This document shows, piece by piece, positions 8,289 through 18,414 of a stretch of 64,000 nt of DNA. Every line of letters starts with the position of its first letter. The stretch's first letter is position 1. The stretch comes from Deltaproteobacteria bacterium (GTDB lineage: Bacteria > Myxococcota_A > Polyangia > Polyangiales > Houyiibacteriaceae). The translations under genes and the position numbers were made by a program. The notes under the pieces are model-generated. The model was not told the origin of the DNA. It worked only from the letters and a program-made list of their open reading frames with translations, and made no database searches. Location of the stretch: the NCBI GenBank assembly GCA_034670305.1, contig JAXMNT010000015.1:64001-128000 (forward strand), given 5' to 3'.

Positions 8289-10214
8289 TCAGTCCTCGGC
8301 GGTCTCGGGTCCGATCCAGGCTTCGAACGCACGGCGCTGCACCGGGGTCGCGTTCGGGTCGCGCTCGAGCACCCAGGTGTCCTGCGGCTCGGTGCCGAGC
8401 GTCACCTCGATGCGGCGCAGGTCGCCCCGGCGCGAGACCAGAAGATCCACGGTCTCGCCAGGCTGGTAGAGCGCGAGCCGTTCTGAGATGTCCTGGGGCA
8501 GCCGGCGGTCGTCCATGGCGATGAGTTCGTCGCCCACGTTGACCCCGGCTTCTCGGGCGGGCGTGCCCGTCGGCACGTGGTCCACCATCAGCCGCCCGGA
8601 CGAGGCATCGACGCCCACGCCGAGGTAGCCCTTCGGGTCCTCTTCCTCTTCCGGGACCCGGAAGCGCAGACCGAACTGTTGCAACGCGAGGTTCCAGTCC
8701 ATGTCGTTCGCGCCATCGACGTTGCGCCGGAAGAAGTCGCCGAGATCGGCGCCCGCCACCTCCGCCGCGAGCGCGCGGAACTCCTCGCTCGTGTAGCCGG
8801 TCTCCTGCGGGAACCGCTCGTAGGCGGTGCGCATGACGTCGTCGAGGCTGTGGGTTCCGCTCGCCGCTCGGATCTCCGCGTCGAGCAGCCAGGCGACGAG
8901 CGCGCCCTTGAGGTAGTAGCTGACCGCGGAGTTCCGGCTGTTCTCGTCCGGCCGGTAAAACTTGATCCAGGTGTCGTACGACGCTTCGTCGAGCGACTGC
9001 ACCAGGCGGCCGGGCGTGTCCTGCAGGCGACGGATGTTGCGCGAGAGGACCGAGAGGTAGTCGTCGCGGCTCATCAGCTCGGTCCGGCGCACGAACAAGT
9101 CGTCGTAGTACGAAGTGATGCCCTCCACGATCCAGAGATCGCGGACCATGTTCTCGTGCTCGTAGTCGAAGTCGCGCAGGCTCTGCGGCCGAAGCCGTTT
9201 CACGTTCCAGGTGTGAAAGAACTCGTGGCTCACGAGCGAGAGCCAGTTGCGGTAGGTCTCTTCGTCGCGGGTCGCCCACGCACTGCCCATGATCAGCGTG
9301 GAGCGCTCGTGTTCGAGGCCGCCCCCGCTCTCGAGCAAGATGTTCTCGAAGACGTAGTGCGAGTACGGCACCACGCCCCAGAATTTCTGCTGCGCGTCCA
9401 CGAGGCGCGCCACGTCTTCGCTCGCCCGATCGTGGTCGAAGAGATCGGTGCCGCCGAAGCTGGCGAGCTGGTGCGCCACCCCGCCCACCTCCATGTCGCG
9501 CACGACCGGGTCGCCGCACACGAGCGGTGAGTCGACGAGCTGGTCGTAGTCGTTCGCGACCCACCGGCGCTGGCTCACCGCGTCCACCGGCTCCGCGCCG
9601 TCGTCCGCCGCTTCGGCGACCGGGTCGAGCCCCGTCACGCAGCGCTGCCACGACTGCGGGAGTTCGACGCGCAGATCCACCGTCGTCTCCCTCGCGTCGA
9701 TCGGGGTCAGGAACGTCGCCGCGCCGTTGATGATCGCGATGCCGTCGTCCACGAAGTTCGTCCGCACGCTCAGCTCTCGGGCGTACACGCGGTAGCGGAC
9801 CACGACCTGATCGGGCAGGTCGCCCTCCCCGGCCATGATGCGCCATCGGTTCTTCGCCACCTTCACCACGCCGAGCGGCTGCTCGTCGGTCGTGGAGGCC
9901 GACACGTTCTCGACGTGCCGCGCGTACTCACGCACGAGGTAGGACCCCGGGGTCCACACGGCCATCATCAGGTCCAGCTGTTCTCCGCCCGCCGGGTAGA
10001 CCGCATCGACTTCCACATAGTGGCCGTGGGGGTTCGGAAAGCGCAGCGTGTACTCGATCTCGCTGCCATCTCCTCGAAGCGTCACCGGCGACGGTCCCGG
10101 CACCACCGTCGGAGCCTCGGCCTCCGACTCTTCCCCGCGGGACTCGCACCCGACCTGTTCGGGCGAACAAGCCAAGGAGAGGAGCATCGCAAGAAGAAAA
10201 CGCGAGAGTGACAT
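8289..10214 (-). CDS. M61 glycyl aminopeptidase with C-terminal PDZ domain, lipoprotein
   Basis: WTPGSY, GGLEH, HEFFHTWN, EGITSYY, SYYLKG; lipobox LLSLAC. Confidence 0.93.
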   Translation of the reverse strand: MSLSRFLLAMLLSLACSPEQVGCESRGEESEAEAPTVVPGPSPVTLRGDGSEIEYTLRFPNPHGHYVEVDAVYPAGGEQLDLMMAVWTPGSYLVREYARHVENVSASTTDEQPLGVVKVAKNRWRIMAGEGDLPDQVVVRYRVYARELSVRTNFVDDGIAIINGAATFLTPIDARETTVDLRVELPQSWQRCVTGLDPVAEAADDGAEPVDAVSQRRWVANDYDQLVDSPLVCGDPVVRDMEVGGVAHQLASFGGTDLFDHDRASEDVARLVDAQQKFWGVVPYSHYVFENILLESGGGLEHERSTLIMGSAWATRDEETYRNWLSLVSHEFFHTWNVKRLRPQSLRDFDYEHENMVRDLWIVEGITSYYDDLFVRRTELMSRDDYLSVLSRNIRRLQDTPGRLVQSLDEASYDTWIKFYRPDENSRNSAVSYYLKGALVAWLLDAEIRAASGTHSLDDVMRTAYERFPQETGYTSEEFRALAAEVAGADLGDFFRRNVDGANDMDWNLALQQFGLRFRVPEEEEDPKGYLGVGVDASSGRLMVDHVPTGTPAREAGVNVGDELIAMDDRRLPQDISERLALYQPGETVDLLVSRRGDLRRIEVTLGTEPQDTWVLERDPNATPVQRRAFEAWIGPETAED

Positions 10215-10371
10215 CGAAGTTCCGGGGCTGCAGAGGTGCGGGACGGCGCGAGAGGCACATGCCTCTCGCCGCTGGGACCCTACACCTGCTGTGCGCGCCA
10301 CGCAGCCAGGATGCGGCTCGGGTGTCCCATCGGGTGCGTGAGGCCCGCCGGGTCAGCGACCCCAGGACTTC

Positions 10372-11628
10372 TCAGCGGGTGCGCCACCAGCGGGCGTACT
10401 CCGCCTGGGCCGCGATGAATGCCTCGCGGTCGGACAGGTCGCTCAAACCACAGTCGAGCCCGCTGAGCTGCACCAGCTGGGTCCACGCGCCGAGCCGAAG
10501 CTCCTCGCGCCGGTCCGCGAGCGCATCGATCAACCAAGCGACCCGGTGTTGGCGGCCGTGCGCCTTGAGCCACCGGCGCCAAGGCAGCCGCATCGACCCG
10601 AAGTCCTGACACGTCAACTCGCACAACGCGTTGTGTGCCGCCCGCGCGATCGCGCGGTCGCCATCACCGAGTGTCTCGACCAGCATGGGCGCCGACTCGG
10701 CGTCCCCCAGTTCCGCCAACGCCTTCATGGCGCGCAGTTTCCAGACCTGGCGCACTTTGGGGAGCTGACAAAGGTCGCGGATGTTCGTGAGCGCGTCGTT
10801 GAAGCCAGGCGCGGTGCGGTGGCCGGCGAGCGCGTGCCGCGCCGCCTGACGCACTCCGGCGTTCCCGTCCAACACCAGCCGCGCGATCGGCATCGTGTAG
10901 CTCGGCTGGGGTACTTCCGCCGCCACGAGCAGCGCGTAGAACCGAATGTCCTCGTCGCTGTGCCCGAGCAACCACTCGACGTACGGCGCCGCGTCGTCGG
11001 CGGCCACCACGAGCATCGCCGCGATCGCCGAGACGTGGCGGCCCGGCGGCAGCTTGCGGTAAGGCAGCCGGCGGTCGAACCAGAGGGGACCCGGGAAACT
11101 CTGCGCGGCAGCCTGCAGCCCACCTGGGATCGCCAGGAAACGATCGACGACGAGGGACTCCGTGCCAGGGGCCGAGGTCATCAGCTCGTGCAGCCGCGAG
11201 CGAAGCGCGTTGGGGGGCGGAGGCTCGACCGACGGAGCGCCGAGGGCATCGATCTCCGTGGGGCGCACCCGTTCGATGCGGCGCAGCGTCTTCTGTCCCG
11301 CGCGAATCCGCCGATGGGTCTCGCTCGCGCGCTCCGGCTCCTCGAGCGACTCCACGTCCGTGGGTGGCGGCGGCGGCAGGTCGGCGGGCAGGGGCGGCGG
11401 ACCCGGGACGCGCCCCGAACGAAGCGCGCCGAGAATGGAATGGCTGCCGGTGTCCGGCTCGGGAAAGCCACTCTCGACGTATCCCGGCGGCGGTGGCGTG
11501 GTGGCGCGGGACGGATCCTCGGGGGGTGCGCTGGAACGCGGAGGACGAGACGGACGACCGCGCACGACATCGCTCGGTGCATCCCGAAGCAAGTAGGCCC
11601 CCCCTACCGGCTTCTTTTTCGTCGCCAT
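10372..11628 (-). CDS. HEAT-repeat protein with Pro-rich disordered N-terminus
   Basis: Helical repeats (EDIRFYALL, GVRQAARHAL, AIARAAHNAL, QDFG...WRRW). Confidence 0.7.
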   Translation of the reverse strand: MATKKKPVGGAYLLRDAPSDVVRGRPSRPPRSSAPPEDPSRATTPPPPGYVESGFPEPDTGSHSILGALRSGRVPGPPPLPADLPPPPPTDVESLEEPERASETHRRIRAGQKTLRRIERVRPTEIDALGAPSVEPPPPNALRSRLHELMTSAPGTESLVVDRFLAIPGGLQAAAQSFPGPLWFDRRLPYRKLPPGRHVSAIAAMLVVAADDAAPYVEWLLGHSDEDIRFYALLVAAEVPQPSYTMPIARLVLDGNAGVRQAARHALAGHRTAPGFNDALTNIRDLCQLPKVRQVWKLRAMKALAELGDAESAPMLVETLGDGDRAIARAAHNALCELTCQDFGSMRLPWRRWLKAHGRQHRVAWLIDALADRREELRLGAWTQLVQLSGLDCGLSDLSDREAFIAAQAEYARWWRTR

Positions 11629-11695
11629 TCACCGCTGCTATAGCAGAGTGTGGGTGCTTGGCGAGACGGGATCCGTCGCCCGCCTCTGAACCAGA

Positions 11696-12550
11696 ATGCG
11701 CGATCGAACCCAGAGGCCCCCCCGGAAGCGATGGAAGCGGGTGCTTCTGGGGATATTGGTCGCGGGACTGCTGTGGAGCGTTTGGTTCGAACCACGCCAT
11801 CTGGTGGTCCGCGAGCGGACGTTGCGCCTGCCCGGCTGGACCTCTGCGCCACTTCGCGTGGCCATGATCGGGGACTTGCACGTGGGGGCACCCCCGATGG
11901 ATCGGGCGCGGCTGCGACACACCCTCGAGCGCGTCAACCGCACCGAGCCCGACCTGATTCTCTTCTTGGGCGATCTCATGGACACCAAGAGCCTGTTCCG
12001 CGCCGACTACAACCCGGTCCGGATCGGAGAGGACCTCCAGGTGTTGCACGCGCCGCTCGGGGTGCATGCGGTGCTCGGCAACCACGACCACTGGTACGGG
12101 GCGAATCGGGTCCACGACGCCTTGGTCTTGGGCGGCGCGTCGGTGTGGTCCAACGAGGCGACGAGGCTTCGAAGCGAGGACCCGTTCTGGCTGCTCGGGG
12201 TGGACGACGAGTTCACCGGCCACGCCGAACTCGAGCCCGGACTGGAACGCATTCGTCAGGGCCCGGACGGCTGGCCAGTGCTGCTCGCGACCCACACGCC
12301 GGACCTGTTCACCCGGGTGCCAGACCGGGTCGCGCTCACGGTGGCCGCGCACACCCATGGTGGCCAGGTGCGTTTGCCCTTGGCAGGGCCGCTCTTCGTA
12401 CCGTCGCGCTACGGCGCGCGCTTCGCGCATGGACACATCGTCGAGCAGGGGCGGCACTTGTGGGTGACGAGCGGGGTCGGCAACAGCATGGTCCCGGTCC
12501 GGTTCGGGGTTCCGCCGGAAATCGTCGTGCTCACGCTCCGAGGAGAGTGA
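11696..12550 (+). CDS. Metallophosphoesterase (YkuE-like calcineurin fold)
   Basis: DLH, GD, GNHD, HTPD, HTHGGQ motifs; N-terminal TM helix. Confidence 0.93.
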   Translation: MRDRTQRPPRKRWKRVLLGILVAGLLWSVWFEPRHLVVRERTLRLPGWTSAPLRVAMIGDLHVGAPPMDRARLRHTLERVNRTEPDLILFLGDLMDTKSLFRADYNPVRIGEDLQVLHAPLGVHAVLGNHDHWYGANRVHDALVLGGASVWSNEATRLRSEDPFWLLGVDDEFTGHAELEPGLERIRQGPDGWPVLLATHTPDLFTRVPDRVALTVAAHTHGGQVRLPLAGPLFVPSRYGARFAHGHIVEQGRHLWVTSGVGNSMVPVRFGVPPEIVVLTLRGE

Positions 12551-12646
12551 CGCGGACAAGGGTTCGGCGAGACCTGGCCACACGCAGAAACGGCGGGGAC
12601 CGAAGTCACCCGCCGTTCGCGCATGCTGTTCGCTGGGTTCTGGTTT

Positions 12647-14152
12647 CTAGCGGTCGAAGCCGGCCGGTTCGTGCATGCCGCCGCCGCGCAGGTCGCTGAC
12701 GAGCAACCGGGTGAGCAGGTCGTTGAAGTACTCGACGGCGACCCGGTCGGTGTCGGCTTCGCGGTGCGGGTTGCCCACGCCCGAGTCGTCGGTGAGGTAG
12801 ACGTAGGGGCTGGCGGTGAAGCTGCCCATGGCGCGGAAGAGGAACTCCACTTCGCGGTCGGCGCCGGAGGCCGCGACCGGCACGATGCGGATGCCGCGGC
12901 GGGACGCTTCGATCATCGCGTCGCGGTAGGTGTACTGGCTCTGGTAACGCTTGGGCGGCGCGTCCGCGATGGTGATGAGCGCACGGACCGCGTCGCCGGT
13001 CGACCACTGGAGCCCCTGCATGGCGGTCATCAGGCCCGAGTCGAGATCTTCAGGGTAGTCGCCACCGCCGCTGGCGCGGACGTTCTGCATCGCGCTGGCG
13101 AAGCCCTGGATGTCCTCGGTGAACCCGATGCGCTGAAGGGGCACACTGTCGCTGCGGTCGCGGTAGAAGATGGCGCCGACCCGGATGCGGGCTTCGGGTG
13201 CTTCGCTCCGGACGCGGGCGACGATGTCGGTGACCTCGCGGTTCACGTAGCGCAGCTCGTCTTCCATGCTGCCGGTCACGTCGATGAGGAACGCGAGGTC
13301 GAGGATGCGGGCGTTGCGCTGCTGCTGCGACTGCACGTGGTCGAGGCGCACGGTGACGTCCTGTCCGTCGCCGTGCGAGGGGATGAGCACGCGGCCGGTG
13401 CCTTGCGCGTTGAGTGCCTCGACAGCGACCGTGGCGTGGCCCGAGCCTCCGCCGTGGACCGCGCGGTAGTAGTCCCAGGTGCCGTCCGCATGGGTGCGGC
13501 CTTCGATGGCGCCTTGGTTGGTGGTGAGGACCAGCCGGGCGTCGTTGACCGGCTGTCCTTGGCCATCGACCACGCGAAAGCGCACGCGGTGGTTCATGTC
13601 GAGGCCGAGGCGCTGGGCTTCGACCGGGTGCCGCTGCAGGTAGCGGAGGTAGTTGTCGCGGCGATCGTGGTCGCCGACCGACGCGGCGGTCAGAAGACGC
13701 TGCGGTTCGACGTAATGTGGCCGCACGACCGGCTCCGGCGCGACGGGCACGGTGGGCTCGTCGACCGTGACGGTGACCGTGGTCGTGGTCCGAACGCTGG
13801 CCCGGGTGGTGCCGGGTACCGGGCGGGCCGTCGGCTCTGCGGCCATGCGGCCCTCAGCGCCGCCGCCCGTCACCGCCGCCCGGGACGGGGCGGTCGCGCG
13901 GGACGGCGCCATCGTCGGAGGAGGAGCGGCCATGTCGTCCATCGCGACGGATTCGCCGCCGGACGGGCCTGCGTACCCCCCGTGGTCGGCCATCGGCGGG
14001 GCTTCGGCTTCGGCGTAGCCCCCCGACTCGCCAGCGGAGGAGGAGGTGCGAACGTCGGACTGATGGACCCCCATCGATGTGGCGCTCGAACCGCCGCCGC
14101 ATCCCCCGAGTCCTACCAAAATCGCCAGAGCAAGTGCCTTCGTACCGTTCAT
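12647..14152 (-). CDS. VWA-domain lipoprotein
   Basis: Lipobox VGLGGC after a GGAGGA SD; MIDAS DVTGSM, GGGDYPE, IADAPP. Confidence 0.88.
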   Translation of the reverse strand: MNGTKALALAILVGLGGCGGGSSATSMGVHQSDVRTSSSAGESGGYAEAEAPPMADHGGYAGPSGGESVAMDDMAAPPPTMAPSRATAPSRAAVTGGGAEGRMAAEPTARPVPGTTRASVRTTTTVTVTVDEPTVPVAPEPVVRPHYVEPQRLLTAASVGDHDRRDNYLRYLQRHPVEAQRLGLDMNHRVRFRVVDGQGQPVNDARLVLTTNQGAIEGRTHADGTWDYYRAVHGGGSGHATVAVEALNAQGTGRVLIPSHGDGQDVTVRLDHVQSQQQRNARILDLAFLIDVTGSMEDELRYVNREVTDIVARVRSEAPEARIRVGAIFYRDRSDSVPLQRIGFTEDIQGFASAMQNVRASGGGDYPEDLDSGLMTAMQGLQWSTGDAVRALITIADAPPKRYQSQYTYRDAMIEASRRGIRIVPVAASGADREVEFLFRAMGSFTASPYVYLTDDSGVGNPHREADTDRVAVEYFNDLLTRLLVSDLRGGGMHEPAGFDR

Positions 14153-14223
14153 TGCGTCCTCCATGGCGAGACAACGGCTGGCAAACACCGACGCTTACAC
14201 CCATTCGAAAAATCTCTTCCCCC

Positions 14224-14327
14224 TTCGGCTTCGGCTTCGGCGTCGGCGTCGGCTTCGGCCTCGGCTTCGGCGTCGGCCTCGGCCTCGGCTTCGGCTTCGG
14301 CGTCGGCTTCGGCGTCGGTCTCGGCTT
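14224..14327. repeat. Mosaic hexamer array (TCGGCT/TCGGCG/TCGGCC) in a divergent promoter region
   Basis: Direct reading of tandem units between the VWA gene and the ECF sigma gene. Confidence 0.95.
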
Positions 14328-14468
14328 TCAGCTCTCGCGAAAAGCGAACCAGGCGCCCAGTGCCAAGAAAACAGACTGTAAGCAGACGCGGGTTCGTTCG
14401 TTCCTTGATTGGCATGCGGGAATGCACGACAAGGATGGGCAGGGGCTGGCAGCGCGCCCCATTGCACC

Positions 14469-15092
14469 ATGCGGGAGGACGAACTCAGCTCCAAGGACCG
14501 ACTGGCCTGGGAGAAGAAGTGCGTCGAGGCCGCGCTCCGTGGGGATCGGCGGGCGTTCGCGGAGCTCTACAAGGAGTACGCGCCGCGGATCTTTCAGCGG
14601 GTCCTGATGCCCAAGCTCGGCAACCGAACCGCGGCCGAGGACGCGCTTTCGGAGACCTTCCGGGTCGGGCTCGAGCGCCTTGGGCAGTGGGAAGCACGCG
14701 GGGTCTCGCTCTACTTCTGGTTCTCCCGGATCGCGAGCAACAAGGCGACCGACATGCACCGAGTGCGGCAGCGGACGCGGCGCGCCCTGACGAGCTTCGA
14801 GCAGTTGCTGGTGCCGCTCTTGCCACACACCTCCGATCCCGACGAGTTCGAGATCACCGAACAACTCGATGGACTGCGCGCTCAGATCGAAACCGTGCTC
14901 GACCGGTTGAACCCACGGTACCGGGAAGCGATCGAACAGCGGTTTCTGCGGGACCGGTCCCGCCAGTCCTGCGCCGATGCGCTGGAAGTGAAACTCGGCA
15001 CCTTCGATGTGCTCGTGCTGCGTGCGCTCCGCGCGTTTCGTCGCGAGTGGGAACGTGCGGTGGGTGCCCCGCCGGAACTCCGGGAAGAATGA
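14469..15092 (+). CDS. ECF sigma-70 family RNA polymerase sigma factor
   Basis: GDRRAFAELY, AEDALSETF, WFSRIASN region 2; region 4 HTH (RYREAIEQRF...CADALEVKLGTF). Confidence 0.9.
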   Translation: MREDELSSKDRLAWEKKCVEAALRGDRRAFAELYKEYAPRIFQRVLMPKLGNRTAAEDALSETFRVGLERLGQWEARGVSLYFWFSRIASNKATDMHRVRQRTRRALTSFEQLLVPLLPHTSDPDEFEITEQLDGLRAQIETVLDRLNPRYREAIEQRFLRDRSRQSCADALEVKLGTFDVLVLRALRAFRREWERAVGAPPELREE

Positions 15093-15098
15093 ACGACC

Positions 15099-15602
15099 AT
15101 GACTGACCACGACCACGACGACGCAGACTTCGACCCGGACCGTTCGGCCACCGACGACGAGCTGCGCGCCGCCACGGCGCTCGCGCGGGCACTCGATCGA
15201 GGCTCGTTCGACGCGGTCCATGGAAGCGACACCTTGGAAGACGGCGACCTGCGGTTCGCTGCCCTGCTGCAGTACTCGGCCGACGAAGGCGCGATCGACC
15301 CCGCACGCCTCGACGCGATCCTCGCGGACGTGTTCGACGAAGCGCGCGTTCGACCGGTCGCGGCCCCGGTGCCGTGGTGGAAGAAGATCCTCGCGCCGAC
15401 CACCGGCTTCGCGCTCGCCGCGACCATGGTCGCGGTGCTCTTCACGGGCCCGCCCGAGGGCATGGCGCTGCCGTCGCCGAACGCTGGCTTGCTCGAGGCA
15501 CAGATGAGCGCCGCCTCGGGCGACACGGCAGGCGCGCTCCAGGATCAGATGCGGCCCTACCGCTCCGAACTGCTCTCAGCCCTGGAGGATCAGTACCGCT
15601 GA
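15099..15602 (+). CDS. Putative anti-sigma factor (single TM)
   Basis: Immediately downstream of the ECF sigma; central TM (GFALAATMVAVLF). Confidence 0.6.
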   Translation: MTDHDHDDADFDPDRSATDDELRAATALARALDRGSFDAVHGSDTLEDGDLRFAALLQYSADEGAIDPARLDAILADVFDEARVRPVAAPVPWWKKILAPTTGFALAATMVAVLFTGPPEGMALPSPNAGLLEAQMSAASGDTAGALQDQMRPYRSELLSALEDQYR

Positions 15603-16201
15603 TGTCCCCGCGCTTGGAACATCGCCGAGCCCAGCTGTGGAAACCGCAGCGCCGTCTGTGGGAACCGCAGCGCCGGCTGTGGGAACCGCAGCGCCGTCTC
15701 TCGCGAGGGAGGCTGCTTGGCCGCTCGGGCTTTTGGGGGCTGTGCCTCTTGTTCGCCGCACTGCTCGGCGGATGCGGGGACCAAGCGCACACCGCCGCCG
15801 CGTGGATCGAATCCGCCGCGGCCGCCCACGCCGAAGCGGACACCGCGCTCGAATCCGCGCAGGTCGGCCAAGGCCGCGATGCGCTCGTGCGGTTCTTGGC
15901 CGAGCCCATCCCAGCCGACATGGCCACGGAGGACGTTCGGGTCGTGCGGCAGGACGCCCACTGGCGCCTGGCAGAGATGGCACTCGACGAAGGAGAGCCG
16001 GTGCGCGCACTGCGCCATGCGAACGGTGGCCTTGCCGAGGGGCGCGGACGCGACGTCTTCACCGCCAACCTGCTCGTCTCGCGCGGTCGCGCTCGAGAAG
16101 CGTTGAACGATCCGCTTCGGGCTGCGTCGGACTACCACGAGGCGCTTCAGATCAACGACGCGCTCCTGCACGAACTCCTCGACGGAGTGGAATCCGAATG
16201 A
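15602..16201 (+). CDS. TPR-like helical lipoprotein
   Basis: Lipobox LLGGC; TPR-like helices (NLLVSRGRAREAL...AASDYHEAL); overlaps both neighbours; start uncertain. Confidence 0.7.
   Translation: MSPRLEHRRAQLWKPQRRLWEPQRRLWEPQRRLSRGRLLGRSGFWGLCLLFAALLGGCGDQAHTAAAWIESAAAAHAEADTALESAQVGQGRDALVRFLAEPIPADMATEDVRVVRQDAHWRLAEMALDEGEPVRALRHANGGLAEGRGRDVFTANLLVSRGRAREALNDPLRAASDYHEALQINDALLHELLDGVESE
15635..15698 (+). repeat. Three tandem 21-nt repeats (CTGTGGGAACCGCAGCGCCGN)
   Basis: Encodes LW(K/E)PQRR three times ahead of the signal peptide. Confidence 0.9.
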
Positions 16202-16767
16202 CCCATCGCCGAACCCATCTCGTTCTCGCCACCCTCTGCGTGGGACTCGTCGCGTGTGGCGGAAGCAGCGCACCGAGTTCTTCGGAGGATCGGACCAGCG
16301 GCGGCGAAGCGACGACCACCCGCGCCGCGACCACCCGCGCCGCGTCGACCGCGCCCTACGCCGGGGAAGCGGAAGCCACCCCAGAACCGGGGATGATGGA
16401 CGACATGGCGTCGCCACCTCCGAGCATGGAAGGCGGGGGCGCGGTGCAGACCACGCGTCCATCCCGTCAGCCGCAGCGACAGACCGTGCAGGTCGAGACG
16501 ATTCACCGGGACCCAGGCCCTCAGGGCGTCGGCGGCGCACGCCTCGAGTTCACCGCGCTCATGGGCACCGAGTCCGAGTTCGCCACCGCGTTGAGTCAGA
16601 ACCGGTGCGAAGACGCGCGCGACCTGCGCGACCGGATCTGCGATCTCAGCGAGCGCATCTGCGACATCGCCGAGTCGCATCCAGACCACGTAGACACCCG
16701 CGCCCGCTGCCGAGACGGCGCCCGCCGCTGCGAAACCGCCACGGACCGCGTCGACGCCTGCGACTGA
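16198..16767 (+). CDS. Lipoprotein with C-terminal Cys-rich helical domain
   Basis: Lipobox GLVAC; CxxAxxLRDRICxLSxRICxxA...CxDGxxRC; ATGA overlap. Confidence 0.8.
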   Translation: MTHRRTHLVLATLCVGLVACGGSSAPSSSEDRTSGGEATTTRAATTRAASTAPYAGEAEATPEPGMMDDMASPPPSMEGGGAVQTTRPSRQPQRQTVQVETIHRDPGPQGVGGARLEFTALMGTESEFATALSQNRCEDARDLRDRICDLSERICDIAESHPDHVDTRARCRDGARRCETATDRVDACD

Positions 16768-16819
16768 GTCTGCGGCCACGGGCACGGGACGGTGACCCCG
16801 TCACCCGCGCGAGTACTCC

Positions 16820-17785
16820 CTACACGAAGCGTTCGGTGCCGGTGGTGCCTTCGGAGACTTGGTCGTCGCTGTAGCGGTGCCGCTCGTCGAGCAGCTCGTT
16901 GATGCGGTCCATCACTTCGTCGACCACCCGCTGAAATGCGTCGCGGTGTTGGTCCGCGGCCCGGGTGAGGGGCGGCACGTCGCGCGGCGCGACATCGCCC
17001 CAGTGTTCGGGCGGAATCGGGTCGCCGATCCGGTAGACGATGTGGCCGGGTTTCGTGACGATCGACTTGCCCGAGTAGACCAGATCGCAGTTGTTGCAGC
17101 CGACCGGGACGATGGTCGCCCCGAGGTGGAGCGCCATCTGTGCGAGGCCGACGTGTCCTCGGGACAAACGGATCGACCGGGTCCCCTGCGGAAACACGAG
17201 CACGTCCGCGCCGATGTCGAGCGCCTTCTTGTTGAGCTCCACGAACTTGCCGTGCAGCAGATTCATCAGCTCGTCGATGGCGACCACGTAGTGTTCGCTG
17301 GAGGGGTCGAACGGCCGTCCGAGGATGGTCCGCGGCTTGGAGAGCAGTTCGTCCGGAACCCCGGAGAGCGTCTTGTCGAGGGACTCGACGGCGTCGCGAA
17401 TGAGTCGGTACTCGTCCTTCTTGGGTCGCCGGCCCGTGACGCCGAGAAAGTCCCGGGTGATGACGTAGCCGCGCGAGGCGAGCGGGATGTTGTTCGTCGT
17501 TCGCATGAACCACGACACGAAGGGATGTTCGTAGTTCTTCCCCTTCACCCACGCGGCCATGTAGCGCTTCCACTTGCGGTGGAGGAAGTACTGGAACGGC
17601 CAGTAGTTGAAGTTGTCCGTGTGGTTCATCGCGTAGATGACCGGATGATCTGGAATCTTCTCCAGGCCTTCGACGTCGATCTTCACGTTGCGGTAGTCGA
17701 ACCGCAGGTAGCCATCTGCGATGAGTGCCTGCATCCGCGGCCGGGCGCTGAGCCAAACCCGATCGTACAGTTCTAGGTCGAGCAT
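16820..17785 (-). CDS. Lysophospholipid (PlsC-like) acyltransferase
   Basis: NHTDNFN (HxxxxD variant), VFPQGTRS, ATIVPVG. Confidence 0.85.
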   Translation of the reverse strand: MLDLELYDRVWLSARPRMQALIADGYLRFDYRNVKIDVEGLEKIPDHPVIYAMNHTDNFNYWPFQYFLHRKWKRYMAAWVKGKNYEHPFVSWFMRTTNNIPLASRGYVITRDFLGVTGRRPKKDEYRLIRDAVESLDKTLSGVPDELLSKPRTILGRPFDPSSEHYVVAIDELMNLLHGKFVELNKKALDIGADVLVFPQGTRSIRLSRGHVGLAQMALHLGATIVPVGCNNCDLVYSGKSIVTKPGHIVYRIGDPIPPEHWGDVAPRDVPPLTRAADQHRDAFQRVVDEVMDRINELLDERHRYSDDQVSEGTTGTERFV

Positions 17786-17894
17786 GCCGCGGTGTGGCGG
17801 GTCACGGTGGTTCCGTCAAGCGGTGAACGAGCCTTGCACAGCGGTTTGCTGCCCCCGCTGGCGGTGTGGGCGCTGATCGGCGACTGTTGCCCGC

Positions 17895-18392
17895 ATGAAG
17901 GTTCGTCTCCCCACCTCCGCGGGACAAATCTGCGAAGCCAAGCTCACGACCCGTCCGAGCATGATGTCTCGCGACCAGACCGACGTCGTCCTCGAAGTGA
18001 ACGCGAGCGGCGCCCCGGTGCAGGTCGAACCACCCACCGGCGCCGGCTGCGAGATCGTAGAAGCCACGGACGCAGAGATGGCGGAGCTGCAGGCCTACGG
18101 GTTCACGCTGCCGGATCGCCGCGCGGCGTTTGGTCCGAAGAAGCTGGGGGACGACCCGGTGGCCCGCATGCTCCTCCCGGTGGGCCGCTCGTGGTGGGCG
18201 ATCTCCGCCGGGTACGCCGGCCTCTTCGCGCTGGTCCTGTTCCCCGCACCGATCGCGATCGTGCTCGGGGGCATCGGCATCTGGCACGTGAAGAACAACC
18301 CTGAGAAGCGCGGCTTGCCGAGGGCCGTCTTCGGTCTCGTCATGGGTGTGCTCGGCACCGCGGCGCTCATCGCCGTGCTCAGCGGACAGTAG
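17895..18392 (+). CDS. DUF4190-like membrane protein
   Basis: C-terminal WAISAGYAGL...GLPRAVFGLVMG two-helix pattern. Confidence 0.7.
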   Translation: MKVRLPTSAGQICEAKLTTRPSMMSRDQTDVVLEVNASGAPVQVEPPTGAGCEIVEATDAEMAELQAYGFTLPDRRAAFGPKKLGDDPVARMLLPVGRSWWAISAGYAGLFALVLFPAPIAIVLGGIGIWHVKNNPEKRGLPRAVFGLVMGVLGTAALIAVLSGQ

Positions 18393-18414
18393 ACAGGGAC
18401 AAAAGGAGGGGACC

